Positions 37,576-50,400 of a stretch of DNA of 64,000 nucleotides are shown here, piece after piece. Source of the stretch: Psammoneis japonica. Its lineage: Eukaryota. Below the pieces are notes generated by a model. It saw only the letters and a program-made list of their open reading frames with translations, ran no database searches and was not told the DNA's origin. Made by a program: the position numbers and the translations under genes. Location of the stretch: NCBI GenBank assembly GCA_008632985.1, contig QPGO01000003.1, forward strand, positions 496,001-560,000. The letters are read 5' to 3'. Positions within the stretch are counted from its first letter, which is position 1, and each line of letters opens with the position of its first letter.

Positions 37576-37915
37576 TTAGTAATCACCGTCATTATCGTCC
37601 CCAAACATACTCGGCATACCATCATCTAGGTCGATCTCTTGGTCCTCTTCAACAACGTTTTCTTCTTGTTCATCTTGTTGATCTTTTTGCGTGATTTGCG
37701 CTTTATTGTCCTGTACACTCCAAACTTGGCAAGCATTTCAGATCCTGATTCCATCAAATCCGACACGTTTTTCCCTTGTAATTCAACAGGAATGTCGCGA
37801 GACGTTCTTGGTCCGGCTCGATACCCACCGCGGACAGGGCCTTGGTCACATCGTCTGCCGACGGACTGTCGTTGCCTCCAAGAATCAACATGAGATACAC
37901 CGCGAGTTCCTTCAT
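37576..37915 (-). CDS. RPLP2: 60S acidic ribosomal protein P2-like, with two apparent 1-bp frameshifts (pseudogene or assembly indels)
   Basis: MKELAVYLMLILGGNDSPSADDVTKALSAVGIEPDQERLATFL / ELQGKNVSDLMESGSEMLAKFG / acidic tail EEDQEIDLDDGMPSMFGDDNDGDY* lie in three successive frames. Confidence 0.75.
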
Positions 37916-38399
37916 TTTGGTTGTAGTGTTTCTCCTCTCTAGTGCACAAGGTAGAAATAATGACACTAGTATAAAATGAAATACATGTCGAGACGTGAAT
38001 GAGACGTGAGCTTATTGTGTTCCAGTCATGCTCACCTATGCCAAGTTTTCGGGTAAAAAGATCAAGACAGAAAAAAATGATCAAGACAAAAGCAGTCGAG
38101 TTGATCAATTCGTTGTTTCCCAGCGTGAAGCTCGCCCGCCTAAAAGTCAGTAGGTAAAGTAACAGCAACTAGAGCAAAAGGCACCGATAACGCCGACAAT
38201 GTCAACAAGCGTTCCAGCTACTCATAAGATCTACTAGCTAGCCGAGATATTATCTACGTTGCGGCTTATGAAAGCTTTGCTAGCCGGACTTCTCGTTGCT
38301 GCGAATATCAGAAGCTGAAAGTGACCATAGCGCACAGTTGAAAGAAAAAAAATCATGAAGAGCAAAACGAAGCAGATCTGCACGACGTGCAACACTTGC

Positions 38400-40844
38400 A
38401 TGCCTCGGATCTTTATCATAGTTGAATTCTTCCTCTTGCTATTGTCACCAAGTGTAGGATTCGTGACAGCTCCATACAAAAGAGCACGTTCAACAAGTTC
38501 CCCTATTGTCAATACACGTTTTGCTCTTCAAAAGTCCGTTCCAATAACGCTCCTCCACCCAAACGCTCAAGACGCAAACAAGGAACTCGATCGCTTGGTT
38601 CAACAACACGACAACACAACTGTCGTTTCATTACAAGGCTACGTTAGTAAAAGACGCGCATTGGGGTCCTCTCTGGTATTTTATGATGTTGTCGTTGCGG
38701 GAAGCAACGAGACAGCAGACGACCCGGTCCAAGCACTGCTTCGACGAGACTATTTCCATGCACAAGAATCCTTTGCCGCATACTCAAAAGCGATACAGCC
38801 AGGAACACGTGTTGTTATGGTTGGACTTGCTGGACCTAGTCGTAATCCGGGTGAATCGCTCCTATTTATTCACGAGGCAGAGTTTCTTGTTCCCAATCGC
38901 AATCCACAACATTTGAGGAATATTCTTGGCAATCTAGAGCGAGGTTTATTGCCACTCGAGGTGTTTTCCAAAGCACTCCGGCTCGATTCAAATATGTTAA
39001 TGAATCAGATATGCACACGGGATCACTTTGAGTTGGCCAAGGAAATTCTAGCAGACGGCTTTTCTCCAAAGGAACTCTTGGACCCGGCAGCGCTCATGGG
39101 TTCAAGCAACAATGCAAAGATTGGTTTGCTTCCTCCCGTACCAGCAGAGCTTGCATCTCCACCGGCTTGGTTGAGAAGTGCCATTGACAAACACGGTGAT
39201 GCTACGCCGGCTTTGGAAGAACCAGTTTCTGTTGAAAGTGTGCTGGAAAAAACTCCATCCTCCACAACACCCGTCACGGTGCTGGCTTGGGTCCGAAACC
39301 GTCGCCGATTTCAAAATGGCACCACAGTATTGGAGGTTGTGGACGACTTTAAACCCATATTGGGAAAGGGAACTGACGAGTTTGCTACAGACTGGAAACG
39401 GCTCAAGTGCATTCTTCATCCCAGCGTCATGAGTGTACAACCCAACGAGCGTACCAGTATCGCCAAGCCGATTGACATTTATGGCACTCTGTTGTGCGCA
39501 GGTGCCAGGGTATTATTGCGTGGGTTTGTAGTAGACAAGGATCAGAGAGAGGCATCATGTGCAATCCTGTGGGTGACTTGTGCTGAAATGGTCAGGTCGA
39601 GTTGGCGACCCAAAGTGATTCGTCACATGCTTGAGCTACTAACGTCTGGGCACATGGATTTGTCAGAAGCGGCACAGGCCCTTGAACTAGCAGGTGGGTA
39701 CCAAGAAGCGGAGCATGTTGTCCGAACCTTGTCCTTGACCGAACGACAATGGAAGGCTGCTGAAATTAGTCAGAGACTACAGGACTCCAACAGTCTTGTA
39801 GGAGAGCTTACGCCAGATATGGAGCGCATGCTGAAAGCTTCAAAAGTTTGGAGGGACGCCTTTCCGATTGAGCGGGTGGAATGCGGTCAAAGTTGCAGCA
39901 AAGACACTACTATATCACCTCTCAAATATTCCTCCCCTGGATCCAAATGGGAACGTGCTAAATTACCACAGTTGGAATGGATGCTAGAACAGATCAGGGT
40001 GGTGATTGACACTCATCCGGGAAAGCGTCCGCTGGAAGTTGTAGATATTGGAGGAGGGAAAGGGGTGAGTCTTGTCCTATTTCACGATTATGCTTTAGTT
40101 GTTAGTATTCTCAAACACGTTCTTTTTGCTTTCCAAATACTCGCAGAATCTTGCGACTTTTATTGCAGAGGAGTTCGGAAGTGACGTCCACGTACGTGTT
40201 GTAGACATTTCTGCTCGTTCTCTCAACAATGGCATGATGAGATCAAGAAGACGAAACTTGAAAAATGTTCGGTTTGATGAAGGTGACGCATCGAGAATGA
40301 ACATGCAGGGAGTCGATGTAGTTGTGGCGCTTCATGCTTGCGGGGTGTTGAGCGATGTTGCAATTGGACACGCTGTGTCACAAGGGGCCGCATTCATCGT
40401 ATGCCCGTGCTGCTTTCGATCAAACCAATCTCTCATGGTGACAAAGCACATTCCGTCAATGACATCCGAAAAAGAAACCAAGCTGGTTACGGACTCAGAG
40501 TGGCTTGGGATAGAGCAAAGTGAGTATGATAGCTTGACTCTTGCGGCCGAGCGACAAGGCGACATCAATGTTGTTGGGAAGGCAATCCATGCTGTTGTAA
40601 GTTGAATTCTGTCCAGCTTCACTATTCTATGAAGATTAGGATTGTGTCTGACTTGATTCTCTCTTTGTTCTATATGGGAGAGTAGTCCGCACTCCGTGCT
40701 CGGGCCGCCACACATCACTTCCGCAAAATGAATCACAGGTTGCAGCTGCATGTTTGCATTAAAGCGTTTCCTGTGGGCCTTTCGACTCGAAACCTGTGCA
40801 TCATTGGCAGCATTCATGCAGAGCAACTTAGAAACATCAAGTAA
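38400..40844 (+). CDS. Likely plastid-targeted protein with two OB-fold-like segments and a C-terminal SAM-dependent methyltransferase domain; introns at ~40065-40146 and ~40597-40686
   Basis: Signal-like MPRIFIIVEFFLLLLSPSVG-FVT; VSLQGYVSKRRALGSSLVFYDV and VTVLAWVRNRRRF (OB-like); VVDIGGGKG, VDIS, ALHACGVLSD and CPCCF (Methyltransf_32-like). Confidence 0.75.
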
Positions 40845-40899
40845 TGGATGATGAAAAGGTGCTCCTCCTCCTCTTTTCTAGGTTGCATTAAGTGGTTAC

Positions 40900-43800
40900 C
40901 TACAAAAATCCACAAACACCCATGGGAAATGAGACTTTCAACATAAAATCAAGAGTCACTGATTGCCTGTGCTGCTGTGCATTCCATTCTAAAGAACAAC
41001 CTTTCCTTGACTCTCTTGTTCCAGTGCTGGATGTCAGCCAGCTAAGAGCATCTCCACCAGGGCCAGAATGGCAACTGAAACCAGTGAATTCAATTGGCTG
41101 GATTTTTGTCCGATGCCATCCCACCCTTGTGGGTCAAGTCTCTGTTGACACCTCCCATTGCAAGAGGTAAATTAACAGCACTTTCACAATCACAGAAAAC
41201 TCTTGCCAAAGTAAAATCTTTTCAGTTCCTCACACAAAGCAAGCTCTCTGCAGCACACTGTTTCAGGCACAGCTGTTGTCACAGACTCAGCATGCTGATG
41301 GATGGGTTCCTCCTGCTGAAGTGGCGCATGGCCACCCATCAGTTGTTTGAATGGCATCTGCCACTCATCAACGTGCTTGCTTGCTGGCTAACTTGCTTGC
41401 CTTGGATGCTGTGGACTTGCTAAAAAGAAGGCTTCAGCTTGGGCATGCCACTTGCACCCACCACGGGCACAGACTGTGGCATCAAAGGACAAATCCATTT
41501 GAGCACATTTTTGTCAGATGATGATTTGTGCTTTGCTTGCTTGTTGTTTGCACACCAACAGAGCTGATGTGGGCTTGTGCCAGCAGGTCCATCCTGATGT
41601 GGTGTGCTGCCCATTGTTTCTTGGAGCAATCTGTTCTCATCAATGGGCTTGTCAGTTGATCAATTTGCCACCTCAGATGCCACAGACTTGCTTGAAAAAA
41701 GCCCCAGCTTTGGCGCCAATTGCAGCCATTGTTGGGCTTCAAACCACATCCTCTTCAATGTCTGCAATGCCTCACAAAAGGCTGTGCCCACCAAGGCATC
41801 TGCTGCCTGTGCATCTGGCAAATTTCCAGCTTTTTGTCCAAAGAGTGGGCATGCATCTGCTGTCAAAGGTGGCATTGCCAGCTTCTTTGATGGTGCCATG
41901 GGTGCTTTGCTTTTAATTCACACAAAACATGAACTTTGTCATCTGGGTGCATGACTCGACTCAGACAAAAAAGCAAAACAACCTGTGCATCATTTTCAAT
42001 GACAGCATCAAAACGTTTGTCAACTGGCAGTTGTCATCATGTCAAGCAGCCAGCCTTTGCAATGGCTCTCTCTTCAGCACCTCCCTTGCCCCTGAGAGAT
42101 TGAGCACCAACTGCACAAGACAAAACAAGTGGCAGCCACAAGACTTCCTTTTTGCTCCACTTTTTGCAGCCCTGTCTGACAGCAGTGCTGTGCAAAACTC
42201 AGAAAAGGCAAGGTGTTCAACAGAACAAAGTGCTTTTGAGACTCATTTTCTGTTCTGACTGCATGGATGCAGGAGTTGCACAAAGTCATCAAGTGACAAG
42301 ACTGGCGCTGCAATGACAGCCAACAAAAATTCAGTTGTCTTGACACACTTGGAAAAGTGCTTGTGAGCAAAAGTTGTGTTGAGCAATTGCACAAGCACTC
42401 CAACCTGTTAAAAGGAGTTGCCAAGTGACCAGACTTTTGCCTCAATGTGGGTCAGATTGTCCCACATTTTTTGTCCTGGCTCATCTTGCCAGCAACAGTG
42501 GGAAGAGACAATGGCCAGATCCACCCTGTTGCAAAGAGGCGCACAAAGTTTTGCTTTCAAGCCAGTGGCAGCTGTGCTGCCAGACTGCCAGAGAAGCAGA
42601 GACATGGTGCCAGCAGCAAACACAAAAGGAGCTGTGTGCAGAGCAAGCAACTCACACAAATGAAAGCATGCTGGGTTTGCTCTGCACTGCCAACACCTTT
42701 GACTGTGTGGGCTGGCATGGGCTGCACCTTTGGCGGAAGAAATGTGGGAGCTTTTTTGAGGCCTTGTTTGGTTGCAGTGGGTGCTTGGCTGGAACACCTC
42801 ACTGCAGCGTGTGTTTGAAGCAGCGCGCATGCTTGCAGTCCACTGACTTCTTTTCAAAGTGCAGCAGCTTTCAGAGAATGTGACAGCAAGCATTTGGAGC
42901 AATGCTTGCAGCAGCTCTCTCAAGCAAAAATTGTCACACAAGCCAAACAAAGAGTCTGCGCAGCAAAGCTTGTTGCAAAGGACAGCTGTTGGGGCTTGGC
43001 GCATGAGCAACCACTCAAACACACTGCTCAAAGATGGTGCGTGCACTTGACCACACCACACTTGGCCCAGCTGGTTGGAGTGCTTGGGGCCAACAGTTTG
43101 AAGCTTGTGAGGTTTTTCAAGTGTTTTTGCACAAGCAGTTTGATGCCCCTGGGCTGCTCCCTGACAGCACCTTTGTGTGTGTGTGTGTGTGTGTGCATGT
43201 GTGTGCATGTGTGTGCATGTGGCAATGGCTGCTGCTGGCAACTCCAAACTGCATGTTGTCATCACATGGATCCCTGCTGCTGCTGCTTGCCTCCTGCACC
43301 ACATTGGCATGACACATCTGCTGAGCAAAACANNNNNNNNNNNNNNNNNNNNNNNNNNNNNNNNNNNNNNNNNNNNNNNNNNNNNNNNNNNNNNNNNNNN
43401 NNNNNNNNNNNNNNNNNNNNNNNTGTGTGTGTGTGTGTGTGTGCATGTGTGTGCATGTGGCAATGGCCACTGCTGGCAACTCCAAACTGCATGTTGTCAT
43501 CACATGGATCCCTGCTGCTGTTGCTTGCCTCCTGCACCACATTGGCATGACACATCTGCTGAACAAAACACACACAACAAAAAAGTGCAGTGTCTGCCAG
43601 AGTCCTTGCTGCAGCACCCAGAAGCACAGTCAAGAGACAGCCCACACCAACACTCTGTGGCAGCTTTGAACTCAACCACATGCAGAGCCAGAGGGGGACA
43701 AAGTGACTGACTGACACACGAGAGCTGCTGCTCTGTCAAGTGGGCACCAAGAAGCAGCGCCACGTGTGCATCATTTTGGAGAGAAAAGAAAGCCTGTCAT

Positions 43801-44380
43801 GTGTGCAGAGCTTGAGAGAGCAGTTTGTGGGACCCGGCAAAGGGTGCTGCTGCTCTCTGAAAGAACCTGCTGCTGCTCCTCTTGGGGTGCATGGATCTTG
43901 GGAGGGTTGAGATTTTCAGCTGCTTGCTCTTGTCTTGGCTGCTTCCCTGCAAGAGCCATCTCCTGCCACACAGAGTGACAGAGTCTTTGGCGTTTGTTGT
44001 CATCATGTCAGCTGGCTGATGTGGGTCTGTCAGAGCACTGCGTGAGACTCTCACACAACAGGCAACGTGTGGGGTGCGCAGCACTTCAACAGCCTCCCAG
44101 TGAGTGGTGTGGACCCACAGCCAGCACAGCTTCTGCTGCCTCTGCAAAAAGAGGTCCAGGGGGAGTGCTTTTTCAATCAAAGCCAGAAATGAGACATCAT
44201 TTTGCAGTGTTCCTGTGTGCACACTTGCAGAGACAACAAGCCCCTTGCCAGCTGGCTTGGTGTGGCGCTGACGACAGAACACAGTGCCCTGCTTGCAATT
44301 TTTTAGTTGCGGCACACTGCATGTTGGTGGGGCTCTTTAGAGTGGAAGCAGCCTCCACTCTCTGCTGCCAGCTGGTGGCC
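40900..44380. mobile_element. Degenerate TG/CA-rich repeat block containing an assembly gap (N 43333-43423) flanked by a ~150-bp tandem duplication
   Basis: TpA/CpG-depleted with (TG)n runs; the segments either side of the gap are nearly identical. Confidence 0.5.
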
Positions 44381-44685
44381 ACTCTCTACGGCACTCTAGC
44401 TCTAGCAGCAGCAGCTCTGCCAGCCACTGCTAGCTAGAGAGTAGAGCTTAGCTAGACCTCCGGAGTAGAGAGCAGGGCCCTGCTGTGCGGTAGCTAGCAG
44501 TGGCCGGCAGTGGCAGCAGCTACAATAAGTAGAGTGCACACAGACACACTCACACACGCAACCGACTTCGACTTTCGCGACTCGTCGCGACCCAACAATA
44601 AGAAAGGCCAAAAGCCACAGGCCACATTCAACATTGGAACATGGTGGTCACTCACAGAATACTGTAGATCATTCAGTCATCCTAC

Positions 44686-46602
44686 ATGGACTCTACTAAT
44701 ACAGCAGCACCGCACAACCGGGAGGAGGAGGAGGAATCATCTCCAGATGACTCGAATACCGTTGTCGAGTTGGCCACTCTCGCTTTACCGTCGGCAGCTG
44801 CTGCTGCGGGCCTGGAGAGTGGTGATGGCACCCAACTCGTCTTGGAATGCCGCACGGAGACGGTTGAACAGCTACAAACCAACATTGACAGTACGCAAAT
44901 TTCTGGTGTCGTGGATTTGGAACGGCTTAGTGAATTGGTGGGAGCTTCAGAGCAAGAGTTCATTGCTGGATTGCACATGGATGCTGCAGACACGTATGAT
45001 GTCGACGACGACGCATCAGAAGGTGATGCCAATGAAGAAACTCCCCTACTGGCATCTGATTTGGAAAAACAACAGGGAGAAAATTTTATCTCATCGGCCA
45101 CCGAGCAGATCAAATTACCAGCAGATCCCTTTATTGAATCGCTGGCCGAAGTGCTGCCCACACTAGACGAGGACACGGTTTATGACGCTCCCACTGAAGC
45201 AGCGGCATACGCGACTGATCACGAACATCACTTTGCTCACGACGCCTTTTTGATCAATGTTCCATCGACAACGAATCTACAAGATTCCCACTTTGTCTTG
45301 GCTCTACCCGAGATTCATGTCGAACCGAGCGTGCAAACGGAAACGTCAGAGTTGTCCGACACGAGTTGGCATTTGGAACGAGCCATGTCCATTTTGCCCA
45401 CCAGCAAACTGCCTACAGACATTCAGAATGTACAAATTCAAGCGACAGATGATGAGCAGCACCAATTACGACTCGATGTGGTTGTGGAACGCAAGGTACC
45501 GGTGATTGGATATGTTATTTTGTTTTCTGGATTGGTGGCCCTCTCCTCGGTGGGTGCAGCGCTAGATTTACAACAAGGAGGTGTATCGTCAGTCATGAAA
45601 ACCCTGTGGCGACAAACCGCCACGGCAATCGTAATAATACCCATGGTTCTCAAGTCCATTTACTGGGATGGCATGCCGCATGTATCAGCCGCGGACTACA
45701 TTCTATTTCTCGTGAGTGCCGCAGCGTACGCATACATGACCTTGGCGTTTGTATGGGCACTGGAAATGACAACCATGGCCAATGCCTTTGTGTTGTCGAA
45801 CATGACCTCCTTGGTGATTATTGCTGGCCGAGTCGTACTCGGTCTTCCCGTGTTGTTGGGTGAAGGGGGCGGCGCCGCAATTGGATTTGTCGGCGCGGCG
45901 ATTTGTGCCAATGATAAGCATCCTTCCGTTTCTCAGACAACGGAGCAATCAGCCACGCTCGGGAATTTGGTTGCCTTTAGTGCGAGCTTTGGCATGGCTG
46001 CCTATTTGCTCGTTGCCAAACGACTTCGACCCAAAATGGATCTGTTCGTTTTCATGTTTGGTATCATGTCACATGCTTCGATATTTCATGGGATTTTCTT
46101 GACCATTTCCGGTCAGAAACTATCGCTTGACATGGACCCTACCCATGGCCTTTTTGGATGGTTTATTCCGCGGTTTGATCGTCTTTGGCTCGAATTATAC
46201 TTGGCGATTGTTTGTAACTGTCTCGGAATGACAGGCTATATTGCAGTAATGAAGTATTTTGACCCTGTTGTTCCAGCTACAGTCATGTTGCTGGAACCGG
46301 TCGTGGGAGCCTTGCTTGGGACACTCGCCGGTACAGCGCCACTCCCTGATCTCCAAACGTGGTTGGGAGACCTTGTTGTGGCAGGGGGGACGCTGCTGGT
46401 CATCCAAGCCGGAGCCCAGACAAAGGAAAGCATCGATGCAACCGACGCATTACGGACTCGTCTCGGTACAAATGATAGTGTGAAGCCTCTGGACAGCAGT
46501 CCAATGATGATTCATAGTCCTCGGATGAAACGACAGCATCATGATTCCCACGATGAGTCGTCAAGTGTCAAAGTGATCTGGGACACGAAAAGTGTGAGCT
46601 AG
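44686..46602 (+). CDS. EamA/DMT-family transporter with a long acidic N-terminal extension
   Basis: 638-aa ORF with about 10 hydrophobic helices after residue ~270; ALEMTTMANAFVLSN, YLLVAKRLR and LLEPVVG motifs. Confidence 0.88.
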   Translation: MDSTNTAAPHNREEEEESSPDDSNTVVELATLALPSAAAAAGLESGDGTQLVLECRTETVEQLQTNIDSTQISGVVDLERLSELVGASEQEFIAGLHMDAADTYDVDDDASEGDANEETPLLASDLEKQQGENFISSATEQIKLPADPFIESLAEVLPTLDEDTVYDAPTEAAAYATDHEHHFAHDAFLINVPSTTNLQDSHFVLALPEIHVEPSVQTETSELSDTSWHLERAMSILPTSKLPTDIQNVQIQATDDEQHQLRLDVVVERKVPVIGYVILFSGLVALSSVGAALDLQQGGVSSVMKTLWRQTATAIVIIPMVLKSIYWDGMPHVSAADYILFLVSAAAYAYMTLAFVWALEMTTMANAFVLSNMTSLVIIAGRVVLGLPVLLGEGGGAAIGFVGAAICANDKHPSVSQTTEQSATLGNLVAFSASFGMAAYLLVAKRLRPKMDLFVFMFGIMSHASIFHGIFLTISGQKLSLDMDPTHGLFGWFIPRFDRLWLELYLAIVCNCLGMTGYIAVMKYFDPVVPATVMLLEPVVGALLGTLAGTAPLPDLQTWLGDLVVAGGTLLVIQAGAQTKESIDATDALRTRLGTNDSVKPLDSSPMMIHSPRMKRQHHDSHDESSSVKVIWDTKSVS

Positions 46603-47069
46603 TCGCTACAAGCTTATTACGCGCGCTTGTGGCTCAGAGTAGGCCTACGTAGGTTTTCTAGGGCCCTACTGGGATTAACTCGACTAACCTGGCTCTTGAC
46701 GCCAAAGCACGACAAAACAACACGTGAATCCTTTGCCGTCGTTTATTTGTCAACCACCAAGAATTACCAAGCCAATGAGACATATATGATCCGCAAGTAC
46801 CTCATTGATATAGCTGTACCCAAATGGCTTGGTAACTATTCCGGGTGGGCCCGAACTCGTTCGACGGAACGTGTCATCGTGGTGGTGTCGCGTGCCAAAA
46901 ATCGGTGGTTGTTGGTTGTCAATTCGTAATGATATATTAATGACTAAATAAATAGTTAAAAATTCTGGTATGTAACGTAGAATGATGCTGGGGTCGGTAC
47001 GAAAAGCAGTAAGCTTGTAGCTAGCTAGCTACTTGCAGCAATAAATCGTTTTGAGCATTGACGTTGCAT

Positions 47070-47471
47070 TGTGGGCACACGGTAGTTTACGCCGTAGAGA
47101 TAGAAATAGCAACAATGGGCAACTTAGGAGGTACGAATTGACCAGTCGCTAAATTGTGAGAACAAAAACTGCTCCACTCGACAACCAACAAGAGCCTGCA
47201 AAGAACGAGAAGTGACTCACATTTGCACCGAACTCAACTCAGATGAGCGCAGTGAAAAGACTTGGCAGGAACGAGAAGTTCTTGATTGCACAAAAGAAAA
47301 GAAGAAGTGAGGCTCAGTTCTTGATTTGAACCCAAGACCTCCGACCTCATTCGTTTCTCGAGCTGTGGTTGGGTGAGTCGTTGATGGTGGTTGATGGCGG
47401 TTTCTGAGCGGCCATTGTCACACGTGGGACTTGATGGTGTGCTGATGCATGAACACATGTGTGTTCTCACA
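47070..47471 (-). repeat. 3' LTR
   Basis: Ungapped match to 53601-54002 with 36 mismatches in 402 bp (manual count). Confidence 0.95.
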
Positions 47472-47498
47472 CTCCCTCATGCCGAAATGTCCGAGTTG

Positions 47499-50400
47499 TT
47501 GCCATCCCTGAACCGAAAGACAGTGGCGAATGAACGTCGCCAGGTCCGGCATTTTCGTCAGGAAGCCAGCTTGTTGGAGTTTGGCCCCAATGGCTTCAAT
47601 CAGGAGACGTCCGTTGGCGACCTCAGAGCGGAAGTGGTGACAGATGTTGTTGACATGACGCGTTCTTGGGTGCATCTTGGGCACCTTTGCAATCTCAAGT
47701 GCTGCCGAGTTGCACTCGAACAATTTGCAGCAAAATGTTGGCGTGGTCGCCACAGGGCAAAACTTCTCGTTCACCTCCTCAAGGAGATGCGTGGATGCTT
47801 TTGCATGCCTGGCAGCAGCCGACAAAGCCAAACATTCACTCTCACTGCTGCTGAGAGCAAACTGAGTTTGTGGTTTTGATGACCAGCAGAGAGGAGCCCC
47901 TCCACACTTGACGACACAGCCGCTGTGAGACTTTGCCGTGTTGGGGTCCTCCGCCGCGATTGTTTTGTCCCAGTTGCCACAGAAGTCAGCGTCCATGCAG
48001 CACTCAAAGCTCTTGGTGCCATCTGGAGGAACCTGAGTGCAGCGACCCTTGTCTCGAGTCAACGGCAGGTGCCGACCGAGGTGCTTGAGGGCCACGCCAT
48101 GGGATTTCTTTGGATTGGCGGTGAAGCGAGCCAGTTGGTGAGTGGTGCATGCGACATCCGGGCGAGCAGACTTCTCGAGGAAGTTGACCTTGCCCACAAC
48201 CAATCGACAGTCGAGGTTGCAGTCAAAAGGTTTGCCGTCAAAGTCAGGCCCAATGAGCCTGGCAGAGAGGGCTGGAAGTTCCCTGGTGGTCACCACTTTC
48301 TTTGGTGTTCCATCCTCATTGACAAGTGCAATGTGCAGCTGCTGATAAGAGTCAATGTATCACGGCGATGTGTTGCAGCCTTTAAGTGTCACAAAGGGCG
48401 TGACAAAAATGACCTTTTGTCTGCATGCACACTGCACCATGAATTCACAGCGGAGTGGTTCATCGTGTGGCCATTGGGCAGGAGGCCAGGGGTTCGAAAC
48501 CCGAGTGGGAGTTGTCTGCAGCAACGTTGATCACTGTCGAACGCGTAAAACTCTGTGCAGTTCTGCACGTTCCTTCGCACGTGCCCACACTGTTCCGCCA
48601 AAACCGTGCAGTGTCAGTGCACGTTAGTAAAGAGCCGCATGGACGCGTGACACATGGGGAGGAGTGCAACACACAGCTGCCAATGAGAGTTAATGTGTCA
48701 CGGCGACGTGCCACAGCCTTCAAATGTCACAAAGGGCGTGACAAAAACAACCTTTTGTCTGCGTGCATGCTGCACAAGTCCGAGATCAATGAGAACACTG
48801 TTGACAAGGTGAGGTTGGGCCAAGTGATGTCGGCCCTTCTCCCTCTGAATCTTGACTCCAAGGTGTTCGTCAATGGTTCCTTCGTCCTCCACATCGAGTG
48901 TGGTTTGCATCAACTTGATGACCTCGTCAATGTTTGCCGCAGACTCTTCATCAAAGACAAGACAATCATCTGTGCAGACCAGGAGGACTGTGGTTCCTCC
49001 ACAGAAGATGCATTCATCAAACTCAGATGGAACAAAACCGAGTTGCAATGAACCGGCGTGGAGATGTTTGCACCAGGTTCGTCCACTGTCATGTCCACCG
49101 TGTGTGTTCTTCTCATTGCGGAGACAGAATTTGTTGCGATCAATGCCAGGAAACGTCACTCCCTTGGGCAGCTCCATGAAGGTCGGTCGTGGAATGTCCG
49201 CTTGTGGACACGCGAGGACGAAATCAACTTGTCTTGAATGCCACCCATGCACAACACACAGATGCAGAAACAGACGGATCATTGTCCAGGACAGAGCTGG
49301 TGCACAAGTCTGGTCACAGCACTTTCTGGGAGTCTGCTTGTGCCCACCAAGATTGAGTCGACTCTTCCACTTGTAGACTTCTCATGAGTGAATTCGGCGC
49401 TTGCGCTTCATTGGCCACACTGCTGGTGGGATCGTCTCATCGTCGGGTGCATCGGACTTCTCGCACAGTTCCCAGTGGTCACGAGTGGCATGGTCTTGAA
49501 TTTCCTTCACCATGGCCTCTTTGAACTGCTCAGCATCTGGCTGCTTCATAGCTTCGTGCATGTACATGGCATCAGGATCAGCAGAGGCCTTCAAGGAGCA
49601 AGCAACAGGATCGTCAAGATCTGCCTGAAAATCTTGTTCTGAGCACACATCTTGATCCAGCACTTCGAAGTCAGCTCGACATGAGACAACATTGGCCTGC
49701 CATTGCAGTTCCGACTCGATCATGTGCTGTGTTGGCTGAACAGTGCGTCCAGACCGTGTCGTTCGCACTGCTGGTGGAGGCTCTGGTTCGGGCACTTCGG
49801 ATTCTGGCAGTGATTCTGGGGTCTCAGAGGCTCCCTCATTTGTTGTGTTTGGCGTCTCTTCTTCGTCTTCCACTGATTCATCCGGCGCGGCTGCCTCCAT
49901 GGGCATTTCAGCGGGTTCGGCACCATGGTGTGCATTTGACGTGGTTCGCGTGGTCTTGATGCGTGCCGCCGTTCCGGTCTTTTCTGCGACTCGTGGTTGA
50001 AGTTTTGAGTCTTGGAGAAAGTGGCAGATCTGTTGCCAGCGGGACTCAGTCGCGCGTTGGGATTTGAGTGTTTCGAACAAATTGTCAAACCTCACGTGAC
50101 ATTGTGGTGAGACCATCCCCGTGGCGAGATTTAAAACCAAAGCAACTGAACGAGAGTGTCTTGGTGATGGTCCAAGGCACAGACCGACTCAAGAGCGAGG
50201 GCCCCACTTGGGTGTGGTGTTGTTGGCTTGCAATTTGCTGTTCAAAATGTAGACTGGACAGGCAAACGGATGAAAGTGCCAAATTTTGGGTTTCACTGGT
50301 GCCTTTGAGAAAAGTTTGATTGGCAACACTTGTTGACCAGTTCTCGACACACAGTTGCGCACAGCATTCACGCATCGAATGGTGCAGGGCCACAGAGCCA

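Noticed and set aside
9570..44380. Hundreds of short Cys/His-rich ORFs in all six frames within repeat blocks
   Set aside because: By-product of TAA/TAG loss and TG/CA enrichment; no protein-family motifs except the TE relics listed.
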